DNA of 64,000 nt, from assembly GCA_030646995.1 (NCBI GenBank), contig JAUSKF010000004.1, positions 20,404 to 84,403 on the forward strand. Reading direction: 5' to 3'. Positions within the stretch are counted from its first letter, which is position 1. Each line of letters opens with the position of its first letter. The DNA comes from a bacterium (GTDB taxonomy: Bacteria; Patescibacteriota; Minisyncoccia; UBA6257; WO2-44-18). Of this stretch, positions 29,644 through 38,425 are shown in pieces. The notes under the pieces were generated by a model. That model did not search any database, had not been told where the DNA came from, and saw only the letters and a list, made by a program, of their open reading frames with translations. The position numbers and the translations under genes were made by a program.

Positions 29644-31167
29644 CTAGGTGCGGAGCTCCCCCATATCCAACTGATAATCAAAATTAATCTGCGCGGCGAA
29701 TTCCTTCATGTGACTGACTACAATCATCGCGCCATCATATTTACTCAATGCTTCGGCGATGACCGGCAGATGACGGAAATTAATATGGTTAGTCGGCTCA
29801 TCTAAAATCAATAATCCCGGCCTCTGCAGAACGAAGCGGGCGAAAGAAAGGAGCCCTTTCTGACCCTCCGACAACGAACCAACTTTATTTTTCAGAAGAT
29901 CATCAGTCAAAAGAAAATTCGCCGCTGCCGAACGCAAAGACTCTTCCGATCCCCCTTCCATAACATCCGCCAGAGATTTATAAACCGTCTGCTCAAAATC
30001 CAAGCCGGCAAAATCCTGCTGATAGTATCCGATTTTCACACCATCGCTAATTGAAGCCCCTTTAGCTTTTCCGGAAGCAATCAGCTGCAAAAAAGTACTC
30101 TTACCGATTCCGTTCGGACCTTTTAAAAGTAATTTGTTTTTCCGCTTCAAAATGACATTAACCTTTTTTTGAGTCGGCTTGTGATTTTCCATCACCGTCA
30201 CGGCTTTAATCTCGGCAATCTTCCATTCCGGCAATTCGGAATCTATGAAAGTCTGTACCGGAATCGCAAAATTCCGAATTGTTTTGTCTTCCTGTCTCAT
30301 ATCCACCAGTTGGGATTCCAGTTCTTCTATCGCCTCTCCCATCTTGCGGGCCACATCACGCATCTTGCCTCCTTTCTGGGCGAAAAAATTGAATTGTTCT
30401 TTGCGATTAGTAATATCCCGCTCCAAACGAACGTTGGCCTGACGCTCCCTTTCAATCCGACGGGCGATTTCCGCCACCACATCCAAATAATCACCGACAT
30501 ACTGCTCCATTTTTCTGGTAAAAGAATCCAGATATAAAACCCCATGCGTAAATGCATTTAAAAATTTCGCGTCGTGAGAAATAACAATGCAAGTCTTTTC
30601 ATAATCCACCAAAAACTTCGTTAATCGCTCAATGCCCTCTTTGTCGAGATTGTTAGTCGGCTCATCGAGCAACAAAATATCCGGATTTTGAATCAACGCA
30701 AAGGCCAACAATAAACGCGCCTGTTGGCCGCCGGAAAATTCCCGGACTTTCTTTTTTTCATCGAACTTCAAATTCACCACATTCAAGATTTTCTTTACCT
30801 TCGGCTCAATATCATAAACCTTCTCCTGAAATGCCTTTTCGAAAAATTGAATTACCGTCAAATCCAACTGATCACGAGGAATTACCTGCTTAGCAGTAGC
30901 AATAGTCGCGCCGTCTTTTATATTAATTGCGCCTTCTTCCGGCTCCACCTCTCCGGAAATCATTTTGAAAATGGTACTTTTTCCGGCGCCGTTCTGCCCC
31001 ATTAAAGTCATTTTGGCTCCTTCCCGTATGCTAAAATCCACCTCATCCAAAAGAGTCTTGGCGGCTGTGAATCCGAAAGTAACTTTATTAAACCTTAAAA
31101 CCACATCTCCGTGGTCGTAGTTTTTAGCCTCTTTTTGCGGTTGTTTAGCTTCCTTCTCCTTAGCCAT
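29644..31167 (-). CDS. ABC-F family ATPase
   Basis: Two ABC domains (GQNGAGKS/FSGGQ/DEPTNNLD; GPNGIGKS/LSEGQ/DEPTNH), no TM. Confidence 0.92.
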   Translation of the reverse strand: MAKEKEAKQPQKEAKNYDHGDVVLRFNKVTFGFTAAKTLLDEVDFSIREGAKMTLMGQNGAGKSTIFKMISGEVEPEEGAINIKDGATIATAKQVIPRDQLDLTVIQFFEKAFQEKVYDIEPKVKKILNVVNLKFDEKKKVREFSGGQQARLLLAFALIQNPDILLLDEPTNNLDKEGIERLTKFLVDYEKTCIVISHDAKFLNAFTHGVLYLDSFTRKMEQYVGDYLDVVAEIARRIERERQANVRLERDITNRKEQFNFFAQKGGKMRDVARKMGEAIEELESQLVDMRQEDKTIRNFAIPVQTFIDSELPEWKIAEIKAVTVMENHKPTQKKVNVILKRKNKLLLKGPNGIGKSTFLQLIASGKAKGASISDGVKIGYYQQDFAGLDFEQTVYKSLADVMEGGSEESLRSAAANFLLTDDLLKNKVGSLSEGQKGLLSFARFVLQRPGLLILDEPTNHINFRHLPVIAEALSKYDGAMIVVSHMKEFAAQINFDYQLDMGELRT

Positions 31168-31283
31168 ATGTTTGGAAATGATATCATAATTGCCTTATTT
31201 TGTCCCGTCGCGCCAATTTTAAATATAAAGAAGGCGGGATCCCGCGCAGCGGGATAAAAAAACCCCCGAATTCGGGGGGTATT

Positions 31284-31904
31284 CTATTTCAGTGGAACGA
31301 CTACGGCGGAGTAGTTCGGCCGGGGCAGCTTTTTCTGAGCCGCCTTCACCAAAGCCTCCGCAGACTTTTCGGGATCACAACATTCACGAACGATGCGGGA
31401 AATCTCGGAGATATCTAAAACCGAAAAAAGATTGGAATTTCCGGAAACCAGATAGAGGTCTTGGTCGTCAATCATCTCCCAATCGATCTTCGGCCGCGTG
31501 AATCCACTTTCCAGCACTTGCTGGGCAGGAGGACGAATCTTTATCAAACTGCTTTCACCATCCACCCGGACCCGCAATAGCTTAGCTTCGTCAGCAGCAG
31601 CAAACCAAATCCCATCGCCGGAAACCAAGAAGCATACGAAATTTTCAATACGCCGGCCGCTTTCCATCAAGACGTCATAGCCCTCCTGAAACGCCGAAAT
31701 CTGCGACCTGGTGGAATTCAACACTCTTAGAAACCGTCCGGTGAATTCGGTGACCAAACAGCTCGCTTCCTGAATTCCCGGATCAGCTTCCTCATAGAAG
31801 ACCCCGAACACCCATCCAGGCCGGTAAAAATCTCCAATCACATCGCCGGGCGACATCAACGAATCATCGCCACGCGACCGGAGAAAGCCTACAACTCTTT
31901 TCAT
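31284..31904 (-). CDS. Hypothetical protein, possibly degenerate PP2C-like fold
   Basis: C-terminal AEALVKAA...NYSAVVV resembles the PP2C terminus but catalytic Asp residues are not evident; AAGGAG SD. Confidence 0.5.
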   Translation of the reverse strand: MKRVVGFLRSRGDDSLMSPGDVIGDFYRPGWVFGVFYEEADPGIQEASCLVTEFTGRFLRVLNSTRSQISAFQEGYDVLMESGRRIENFVCFLVSGDGIWFAAADEAKLLRVRVDGESSLIKIRPPAQQVLESGFTRPKIDWEMIDDQDLYLVSGNSNLFSVLDISEISRIVRECCDPEKSAEALVKAAQKKLPRPNYSAVVVPLK

Positions 31905-31994
31905 TGCAAGCTCCTTATTCTAATGAACCGATGGTTATATTACCAACTCTCCAGAAGAACGTCAAATATTCGCAATAGTGCTATAATTACCTTA

Positions 31995-32480
31995 ATGATT
32001 GGAGAAATACTTTTAGTTTTAGCGGTGTTCGCCCTATTCGCAATCGGACTATTAGGCACGGTGCTACCGATATTGCCGGGGGTGCCACTAGCATGGCTTG
32101 GTTTATTTATTTACGCCTACGTGAAACATTTCGAACCGATTTCCCTGACTACCATCCTAGTCTCCCTTGGTCTAACCATCCTTACTCTGATTACCGACAT
32201 AATCGCTCCGCTGATTGGAGCCAAGCGATATCACGCTACCAAATATGGAGTAGTGGGCTCTTCGTTGGGTTTGCTGTTTGGAATATTCGCCCTCGGACCG
32301 CTGGGAGTAATCGTTGGTCCATTCTTGGGAGCGCTAATCGGAGAAGTTGCCGCGGGAAGAAAATCGAAGGACGCGATCCACTCCGCTATGGGAACCTTTC
32401 TCGGGTTCCTCGCCGGCTCACTGATTAAATTGATAGTCATTTTCGTAATGCTGGGATTTTTCATCGTTGCCTTGTTCTAG
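31995..32480 (+). CDS. DUF456-like membrane protein
   Basis: G-VLP-LPG, GAKRY, GPFLGALIGE. Confidence 0.8.
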   Translation: MIGEILLVLAVFALFAIGLLGTVLPILPGVPLAWLGLFIYAYVKHFEPISLTTILVSLGLTILTLITDIIAPLIGAKRYHATKYGVVGSSLGLLFGIFALGPLGVIVGPFLGALIGEVAAGRKSKDAIHSAMGTFLGFLAGSLIKLIVIFVMLGFFIVALF

Positions 32481-32588
32481 AAGAGTAATCGCTAATAATG
32501 CTAATTAAAGATTTAATATTGCGAATGGGCTTAAATACTCATTATTTGCATTATTTGCCAAAATTCGTATTATTAGCGAAAACTAACT

Positions 32589-33557
32589 ATGTTAATTGAC
32601 GACGTTACAATCAAAATCGCCGCTGGGCATGGAGGCAAAGGTGCCGTGGCTTTTGATAAAAATAAATTAGCCCTCGGCCCGGCCGGAGGCAGTGGAGGCA
32701 AAGGAGGTAGCATCTTTTTTCAGGGCGTGGCCGACATCGGAGCACTGCGTCATTTTCGTTTCAGAAAAGTAGTAGAAGCAGAAAACGGCCAAGAGGGTCG
32801 CGGTCAATATCGCGACGGCCAAGATGGGCAGGATTTGGTCTTAAAAGTCCCCGCCGGCACAGTCATCCACAATCTCGCGACCGGAGCACACACGGAGGTC
32901 ACAAAAATTGGGGAGAAGATTTTAATCGCGCAAGGGGGCAAAGGAGGCAAGGGCAACTTTCAATTCCGCTCCCCTCGCGATACCAGCCCAGTCAGATTCC
33001 AATCTGGACTACCGGGAGATGAATTTCCTGTACGGCTAGAGCTCAAACTGATTGCCGGTGTTGGTTTAGTTGGCCTGCCGAATGCCGGTAAGTCCAGCTT
33101 GATAAATGAATTAACGGCCGCGAATAGTAAGGTGGCCAATTACCCCTTCACCACACTGGAGCCAAGTTTGGGCGCTTATTATGACCTAATTATCGCTGAC
33201 ATTCCGGGACTAATCGAAGGAGCATCGGGCGGCAAAGGCCTAGGAATAAAATTCCTTCGCCACGTAGAGCGCACGCAGACGATTTTCCATTTAGTTTCCG
33301 CCGAATCAGCGAATGTAGCCAAAGATTACAAAATTATCCGCGGTGAGCTGGGAGAATACAACCAAGAATTACTGGAAAAGAAAGAATATGTTTTCCTTAC
33401 AAAAAGCGACATGCTGGATGCCGCCGGATTGAAGAAAAAACTCGCCACCCTGAAAAAACTAAATAAAAACGCCATCGCCATTTCTATCCACGACTCCGAC
33501 AGCCTCGAGAAAGTAAAGAAAATCTTAAACAAGCTCATCGACGCGAAGAAATCTTAG
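32589..33557 (+). CDS. obgE: Obg family GTPase
   Basis: Gly-rich Obg fold, GLPNAGKSS, YPFTTL-P, DIPGLIEGA, TKSD. Confidence 0.95.
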   Translation: MLIDDVTIKIAAGHGGKGAVAFDKNKLALGPAGGSGGKGGSIFFQGVADIGALRHFRFRKVVEAENGQEGRGQYRDGQDGQDLVLKVPAGTVIHNLATGAHTEVTKIGEKILIAQGGKGGKGNFQFRSPRDTSPVRFQSGLPGDEFPVRLELKLIAGVGLVGLPNAGKSSLINELTAANSKVANYPFTTLEPSLGAYYDLIIADIPGLIEGASGGKGLGIKFLRHVERTQTIFHLVSAESANVAKDYKIIRGELGEYNQELLEKKEYVFLTKSDMLDAAGLKKKLATLKKLNKNAIAISIHDSDSLEKVKKILNKLIDAKKS

Positions 33558-33663
33558 GTATTTGACAAAAAAACTAGCTAGAGTATGATAAACGAGTTCG
33601 TAGGTTTCTCAGTCAAGTTAAGTCTTCTGAGTGGTCGCCCTATGAAAATTAATTAAATTACAC

Positions 33664-33942
33664 ATGGCAAAGAAATTGTATGTTGGTAACTTGCCTTACA
33701 GCGCTAACGACGAATCTCTAAAGGAGATGTTCGCAGCTGCTGGCAGCGTAGAGTCCGCTACCATTATCATGGATCGCGCCACTGGCCGGTCAAAGGGCTT
33801 CGGTTTCGTCGAGATGACGAATGACGAGGAAGCTACTAAAGCTATTGAAATGTTCAATGGCAAAGATATGGGTGGTCGCGCTCTCACTGTTAACGAGGCA
33901 CGTCCAATGGAGCCCCGCGCTCCTCGCGAGTCCCGCTACTAA
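33664..33942 (+). CDS. RRM RNA-binding protein
   Basis: KLYVGNL (RNP2), SKGFGFVEM (RNP1); TTGACA/TATGAT promoter upstream. Confidence 0.95.
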   Translation: MAKKLYVGNLPYSANDESLKEMFAAAGSVESATIIMDRATGRSKGFGFVEMTNDEEATKAIEMFNGKDMGGRALTVNEARPMEPRAPRESRY

Positions 33943-33955
33943 GCGCGACTTACAC

Positions 33956-33988
33956 AAAAACCGCTCTCGATTTATCGGAGCGGTTTTT
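33956..33988. terminator. Bidirectional terminator
   Basis: AAAAACCGCTC...GAGCGGTTTTT between the RRM gene and RT. Confidence 0.7.
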
Positions 33989-35199
33989 GGTTGCAGAACA
34001 CCCTACATCTTTCGGCCAGACAGCTTCTCGGAAACAGAATAACTTTTCTCCTGCGGAAAAGTTTTCTTCGCTCTCGGCGGTTGTTCGTTCGATTATATAA
34101 ACGAACGAACCAAGCCCAACCGCCTCCGAGATGTTCCTCAAACCAATCTGACCGAAAGATGGGTACTTCCGTCGACGGAAGTAATAAATTTAGCCTCGCT
34201 TTTATTTTATTCGCGTTCCCATGCCCCAACATCCCCAAATATGACTGCCGGGATTGCTCATTTGGATTCTCTTTCAATCTCCGGAACATTTTCCACTTTG
34301 TGACGAAGCGAATAACCCTATGATCCGGGAAATGCACCCAGCCGAGAAAATCCACTCCCGAAACAAGGGTCTTCAGAAATAACTTGTCTTTGTGAATGAA
34401 TAATTTGAGATTCTCCTCAAGGAAATCCTGAATTTTCGGGATTATTTCCACAAGTCGTTCCTTGTCCGGAGACAAAAACACAAAGTCATCGGCGTATCTT
34501 ACGTAATGTCGGGCTTTGAGTTTATGCTTCACGAACTGGTCAAATTGATTCATATAAACATTAGCGAATAACTGGGAAGTGAGATTGCCGAGGGGCAGAC
34601 CAAAACCCGGCTTGGTGGAGAAACTACTTATGACATTCTCTAACAGCCAAATTATTTTCTGGTCGGGAATATATGCCTTCAGAATTTTGAGAAGAATCTG
34701 ATGATTAATGCTGTCAAAAAACTTTTTGATATCACACTTTAATACCCAGCAGGTTTTGGTGTGATTTTTGCTAACTTTATATGCTATCGCTCGGAAACGA
34801 TTAAGCGCTCGATGGGTTCCCTTTTTGATCCGGCAGGAAAACGAATCGGCAAAGAAAGTTTTATCAAAAAATGGATAAAGCAATCGGTGAATGGCGTGAT
34901 GAACGAGACGATCGCGAACTTCCGCCTTGTGAATGATGCGTGGTTTGGGGTCGGCGATTCGGAATTGATAATAGCCGCCGTGACGGTATCTTTGACTTGC
35001 CAACTCCCCGTGAAGCGATAGAATGTTATCCATAAGATTGAAACCGAATTCCTGCACATCCTTTTTACCTCGCTTCCCCTTCAAGAATTCCTGCCAAGCA
35101 ACCAAAAGATTTTCAATAGAAATTATATCCTCAAAACTATGACGGAATTGAATTCTACCTATAACGCCCCCCCCCCAGCCGATTTTTCCGTTGTTGCAT
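33972..35199 (-). CDS. DGR reverse transcriptase. Open frame 33972 to about 35213 without an N-terminal ATG; ATG at 35199 is out of frame at the G10 tract; alternative TTG at 35105
   Basis: KPRII, RDRLVHHA, KGTHRA, LKCDIKKFF, GLPLGNLTSQ (SQ typical of DGR RTs), YVRYADD, GVDFLG; next to TR and avd. Confidence 0.93.
34006..34161 (-). ncRNA. Structured repeat element family A, copy 2 (overlaps RT 3' end)
   Basis: Core near-identical to 48568-48704 in opposite orientation; closing stem CATCTTTCGG/CCGAAAGATG. Confidence 0.6.
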
Positions 35200-35532
35200 A
35201 AAATAAAAGATGCTTACGCGCTTTGGTATTCCTACTACCAGATTCTACCAAAAACCCACCGCTACTCGCTCGGCCAGAAAATTGACTCTCTTTTTGTAGA
35301 AATTATAGAAACCGTGGCTGCTGCCGGCTTTATCGCCAAGGAAAAGAAGCTGGCATATTTAAGTTTGGCGATTATGAAAGTAGATACGCTAAAAGTTTTG
35401 ATGATGGTTCTCTGGGAGAATAAATCGCTGAACGATAAAAAATATATTCAAATATCTTTTAAAATAAGCGAACTAGGAAAAATGCTTGGCGGCTGGCTGG
35501 GAAAGATTCAGAAACAAAACTCTCCCCGCTAA
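35139..35532 (+). CDS. avd: Avd-like four-helix-bundle accessory protein (ATG 35139 out of frame at the C10 tract; alternative TTG 35191)
   Basis: LPK-HRYSLGQKI, ELGKMLGGW, about 115-130 aa basic protein between RT and TR. Confidence 0.85.
35167..35176. repeat. C10/G10 homopolymer in the RT/avd antisense overlap
   Basis: ATAACG-CCCCCCCCCC-AGCCG read directly. Confidence 0.95.
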
Positions 35533-35544
35533 AAAGCGGGGAGA
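35521..35544. promoter_or_regulatory. Hairpin at avd stop / 3' of TR
   Basis: TCTCCCCGCT-AAAA-AGCGGGGAGA, perfect 10-bp stem. Confidence 0.65.
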
Positions 35545-35557
35545 GAAATAGATAGAT

Positions 35558-35691
35558 TTGCGACGACCGAACACCCAGACGTTGTCGGGATTCCAGAAGT
35601 TGTCAGCGTTGCCGTTGTTCGCGTTGAGCCAATGCTCATCGCTATTATGCTCCACGTTGAACACGTTCGGGTTGCCGTTCGAGTCAGTTAT
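35558..35691 (-). ncRNA. DGR template repeat (TR)
   Basis: 134 bp colinear with 36013-36146; conceptual translation has 12 Asn (AAY) codons. Confidence 0.95.
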
Positions 35692-35942
35692 ATATAAGAG
35701 GCTGCCTATGCCACCGCCCATTGAATACTCTCTGGGTTGTATCGAATTCCGTACCTAAAGTACGATAGCCTCTTATACCAAGTATCTCTATTTTTTTAGA
35801 GTTCTGCGCGCGCCACTCTATCTCCAACCTTGATCAGAAACACACTCGACACGCGGATACTGGATTCGGCAGCAAGGAACCTTAGTCCCCCGCGTATTCG
35901 CCTAATACCAAAATTATATTAACATACGCTAAAAACAAAAAC

Positions 35943-35964
35943 CCCCGCGCTCGAAAGCGCGGGG
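35943..35964 (-). terminator. Hairpin downstream of target 1 VR (terminator and/or DGR homing stem-loop)
   Basis: CCCCGCGCT-CGAA-AGCGCGGGG, followed on the minus strand by T runs. Confidence 0.75.
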
Positions 35965-36008
35965 ACAAAGAGTCAAAGGGCCAGGTCAAAAGTTCCAAGG
36001 ACTAAGAG

Positions 36009-36737
36009 CTACTTGCGACGACCGAACACCCAGACGTCGTCGGGATCCCAGAAGCGGCCAGCGTCGCCGTCGCTCGCGTGGAGCCAATGCCCACCGCCAT
36101 CCGGCTCCACGCAGAACACGAACGGGTAGCCGCTCGAGTCAGAAATCGGCTCCATTCCGACCAGAATCCATTCCCCGTAAGGCTGGTCCTGGTATTGGAG
36201 GCGGAGCTGGGGGCCGACTTCGGCAGGGCAGCGATCCAAGCCAAGCTCTTTGGCTTCGGCGTAGATCTGCTCGCGAGTGCCGCCACTGGGAAGTCCCAGT
36301 TGGGCGACCGTCATCTTGACCAGATCGATCTCTATCTCCTTGGGGTTGACCGAGATCTTTTTCAGAATGTCGTTGCCCCAGTCAGAGACCCGGTTTTTCT
36401 TGCCGATGATGGCCTTTCGGAGAGCCTCCGGAGACGGATGCGTTCCCAGCTTGAGGGTCTTCCAGACAGGAAGAGCGGAAGAGCATCGAATCGGCTTGAT
36501 CTCGCCAACCCTGGCAATCGCCTGGTCGATTCGGTCGCAGAACTGCTGAAGTCCGGTGATTTTTTCACCGAGCTCAGAACGAAGCACCTCCAAATCATTC
36601 TTGTGTGCCTGCTTCGCTTCCGAAAGCTGGTTTTCCAACTCTCCGATTTTCTTCACCTCTTCCTTGGCCTCCTCGCAAACTTTCGTCAAATCCCCACTCA
36701 AGTCGACGTCTTCTTCAGACTTCTTTTTTCCGCTCAC
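36009..36737 (-). CDS. DGR target protein 1 (coiled coil plus C-terminal variable domain)
   Basis: GTG 36737 with AGGAGA SD; C-terminus encoded by the VR; LG---CPAEVGPQLRLQY-DQP. Confidence 0.9.
   Translation of the reverse strand: MSGKKKSEEDVDLSGDLTKVCEEAKEEVKKIGELENQLSEAKQAHKNDLEVLRSELGEKITGLQQFCDRIDQAIARVGEIKPIRCSSALPVWKTLKLGTHPSPEALRKAIIGKKNRVSDWGNDILKKISVNPKEIEIDLVKMTVAQLGLPSGGTREQIYAEAKELGLDRCPAEVGPQLRLQYQDQPYGEWILVGMEPISDSSGYPFVFCVEPDGGGHWLHASDGDAGRFWDPDDVWVFGRRK
36013..36146 (-). repeat. DGR variable repeat (VR1)
   Basis: 23 mismatches to TR by manual alignment, 22 at TR adenines, no indels. Confidence 0.95.
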
Positions 36738-36949
36738 CGGAGCTCTCCTGAATTGGGTTATCAATTTTTATCCGCCGAATAGCGGATTTGTGAACTGCCG
36801 TAAATATAGCAGAGTTGAGGCTATTTGTCAACCCCAACCTTTGGCCCTCCTTAGGGGGCAACGGGGGGGGATATTGACTTAGTCCAAATGGAACGCTATA
36901 ATGGGGATACTAAACGTGAAGGGCATCCTATATGGGTGCCCTTCGTTTT

Positions 36950-37573
36950 TTATTCCATTTTTATACGCTCTCTAAGATATTCGAAGTCCCTGAAATCACT
37001 GCCTGCAAACTGCTTGATTTCTTTAGCAGTCCTCGCTCCTCTACCTAAAACCACAACCTCTTTCTTCTCAGATCGAAGATGTTTCAATACGGGAAGGAAG
37101 TCTCCATCGCCTGACAAAACAAGAACTCTATCAAAATTGTCTTTTTCTCTCATTAAGTGAAAGGCCATATCCACATCACAATTAGCTTTTCTTTTTGTGG
37201 AACCGTCATCTTGGTTATATAGCTTTACTGGTTTAAGAAAAAGTTTGTATCCGAACTTCTCAAGACGAATATAGAATTTAACTCTTTGAAGATGTCTACT
37301 GATTAAAGCGAGCTGCGCTTCATTGAGCTTCCTGTCTTTGTTCTCGGGTAGCTGTCTCAAATACTTCTCTAGCTCTTTTAGAGGAACGGTCTCATTGGAT
37401 TGGTAATCATATGGAAATTCATAAATTTCCACGCCGCCAAAATAAAAAACCGTATCTACTCCATATTTTTCTTTTAGATACTCAAGGAGTTTTTTGTAGT
37501 CTATTTTCCAACCTAAACTCTTTTCGCCGCCATAAAAAAGATTGGATGCATCCACAAAACCATATGCTTTCAT
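36950..37573 (-). CDS. NYN domain (LabA/DUF88) protein
   Basis: FVDASNL, KANCDVDM, SGDGDF. Confidence 0.9.
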   Translation of the reverse strand: MKAYGFVDASNLFYGGEKSLGWKIDYKKLLEYLKEKYGVDTVFYFGGVEIYEFPYDYQSNETVPLKELEKYLRQLPENKDRKLNEAQLALISRHLQRVKFYIRLEKFGYKLFLKPVKLYNQDDGSTKRKANCDVDMAFHLMREKDNFDRVLVLSGDGDFLPVLKHLRSEKKEVVVLGRGARTAKEIKQFAGSDFRDFEYLRERIKME

Positions 37574-37608
37574 GCGTCTATTTTATAATAAAAGCTCGCA
37601 ATAAAAAA

Positions 37609-37636
37609 GCCCTCATGAAGCTAGCTTCATGAGGGC
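37609..37636. terminator. Perfect 28-bp palindrome downstream of target 2
   Basis: GCCCTCATGAAGCTAGCTTCATGAGGGC followed by T6 on the minus strand. Confidence 0.8.
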
Positions 37637-37654
37637 GCCCAAGTGTCCAAGGGC

Positions 37655-38341
37655 CTAAGACTTGCGGACGGCGAGGAAACGATAGCTGCCGTACCAATCG
37701 CTGCCGAACCAGTAGAGATTGAGCTTCCGAACGTCGAACCAGTACAGATACGGCACGCGGCGGTTGCCGAACGAGCCCCGCCAAGGATTCCCGAGCCCGA
37801 CGATCGGATATTGCTTGTGCTCGTCGGGATGGGCCATCTGGTAGTGGAGGAGCGTCTTCAGGGAGGCCGGTTCGAAGCCGTCACGCTTCATCTCGGCGAC
37901 CACGTTGTCGGAATTCATGTCCCGACTGAAGTGATACATCTTGCACTCCAGCGTTTCCGTGCCGTCCGTCTTCTCCTGATTGAAATGCTTTTCCGTGATG
38001 TCGGAGTTGACGTAGCTAAACCCGGCTTCGCCGATGAGCTGAGAGATGGACTTTCCGTAGTTCACGATCAAGGAATTGTCCGGAGGCTTTCCGGATTTCG
38101 CGCGACCGAACTTGTCGATCACTGCCTGAATCTTCTCGGCCGTCGCTTTCGCGCTGGCCGCCACCTGCTCCATCTCCGACTTGGCTTCCTGAAGAACCTG
38201 CTCAGCTTCCTGCGACATCGTGTCTAGCTTGCCCTTGAGATCCTTATTGATCTCTTCCAAAGCAGCAATCACCGGGTCCCACATGTTCTGGCTGTTCTCC
38301 ACTGCCTCCTCCACGTCGGAAGACTTCTTTTCTTCGCTCAC
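37655..38341 (-). CDS. Probable DGR target protein 2 (coiled coil plus VR-like C-terminus) with no matching TR in window
   Basis: Shares leader and N-terminus style with target 1; ends VPYLYW...RKLNLYW...W...RFLAVRK. Confidence 0.75.
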   Translation of the reverse strand: MSEEKKSSDVEEAVENSQNMWDPVIAALEEINKDLKGKLDTMSQEAEQVLQEAKSEMEQVAASAKATAEKIQAVIDKFGRAKSGKPPDNSLIVNYGKSISQLIGEAGFSYVNSDITEKHFNQEKTDGTETLECKMYHFSRDMNSDNVVAEMKRDGFEPASLKTLLHYQMAHPDEHKQYPIVGLGNPWRGSFGNRRVPYLYWFDVRKLNLYWFGSDWYGSYRFLAVRKS

Positions 38342-38425
38342 GGCAATCTCCTTGAATTGGGTTTTCAGTTATTTTCCGCTTAATTGCGGACTTCAGAACT
38401 GCGGTAAATGTAGCACACTTTAGGC

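Noticed and set aside
33972-35105. RT as group II intron, retron or CRISPR-associated RT
   Set aside because: SQ motif, no maturase/endonuclease domain, and adjacent Avd and A-specific TR/VR pair indicate a DGR; no cas genes or intron domain V seen.
35473-35721. 82-aa Asn-rich ORF
   Set aside because: It is the conceptual translation of the template repeat; an open AAY-rich frame is expected and no SD is evident.
36864-36870. G7 run upstream of target 1 as a second phase-variation site
   Set aside because: Short, intergenic, outside the -35/-10 spacer, and within a GC-rich hairpin-like stretch.
36078-38227. Long plus-strand ORFs 36078-36782 and 37643-38227
   Set aside because: Antisense shadows of GC3-rich target genes, with no recognisable motifs.
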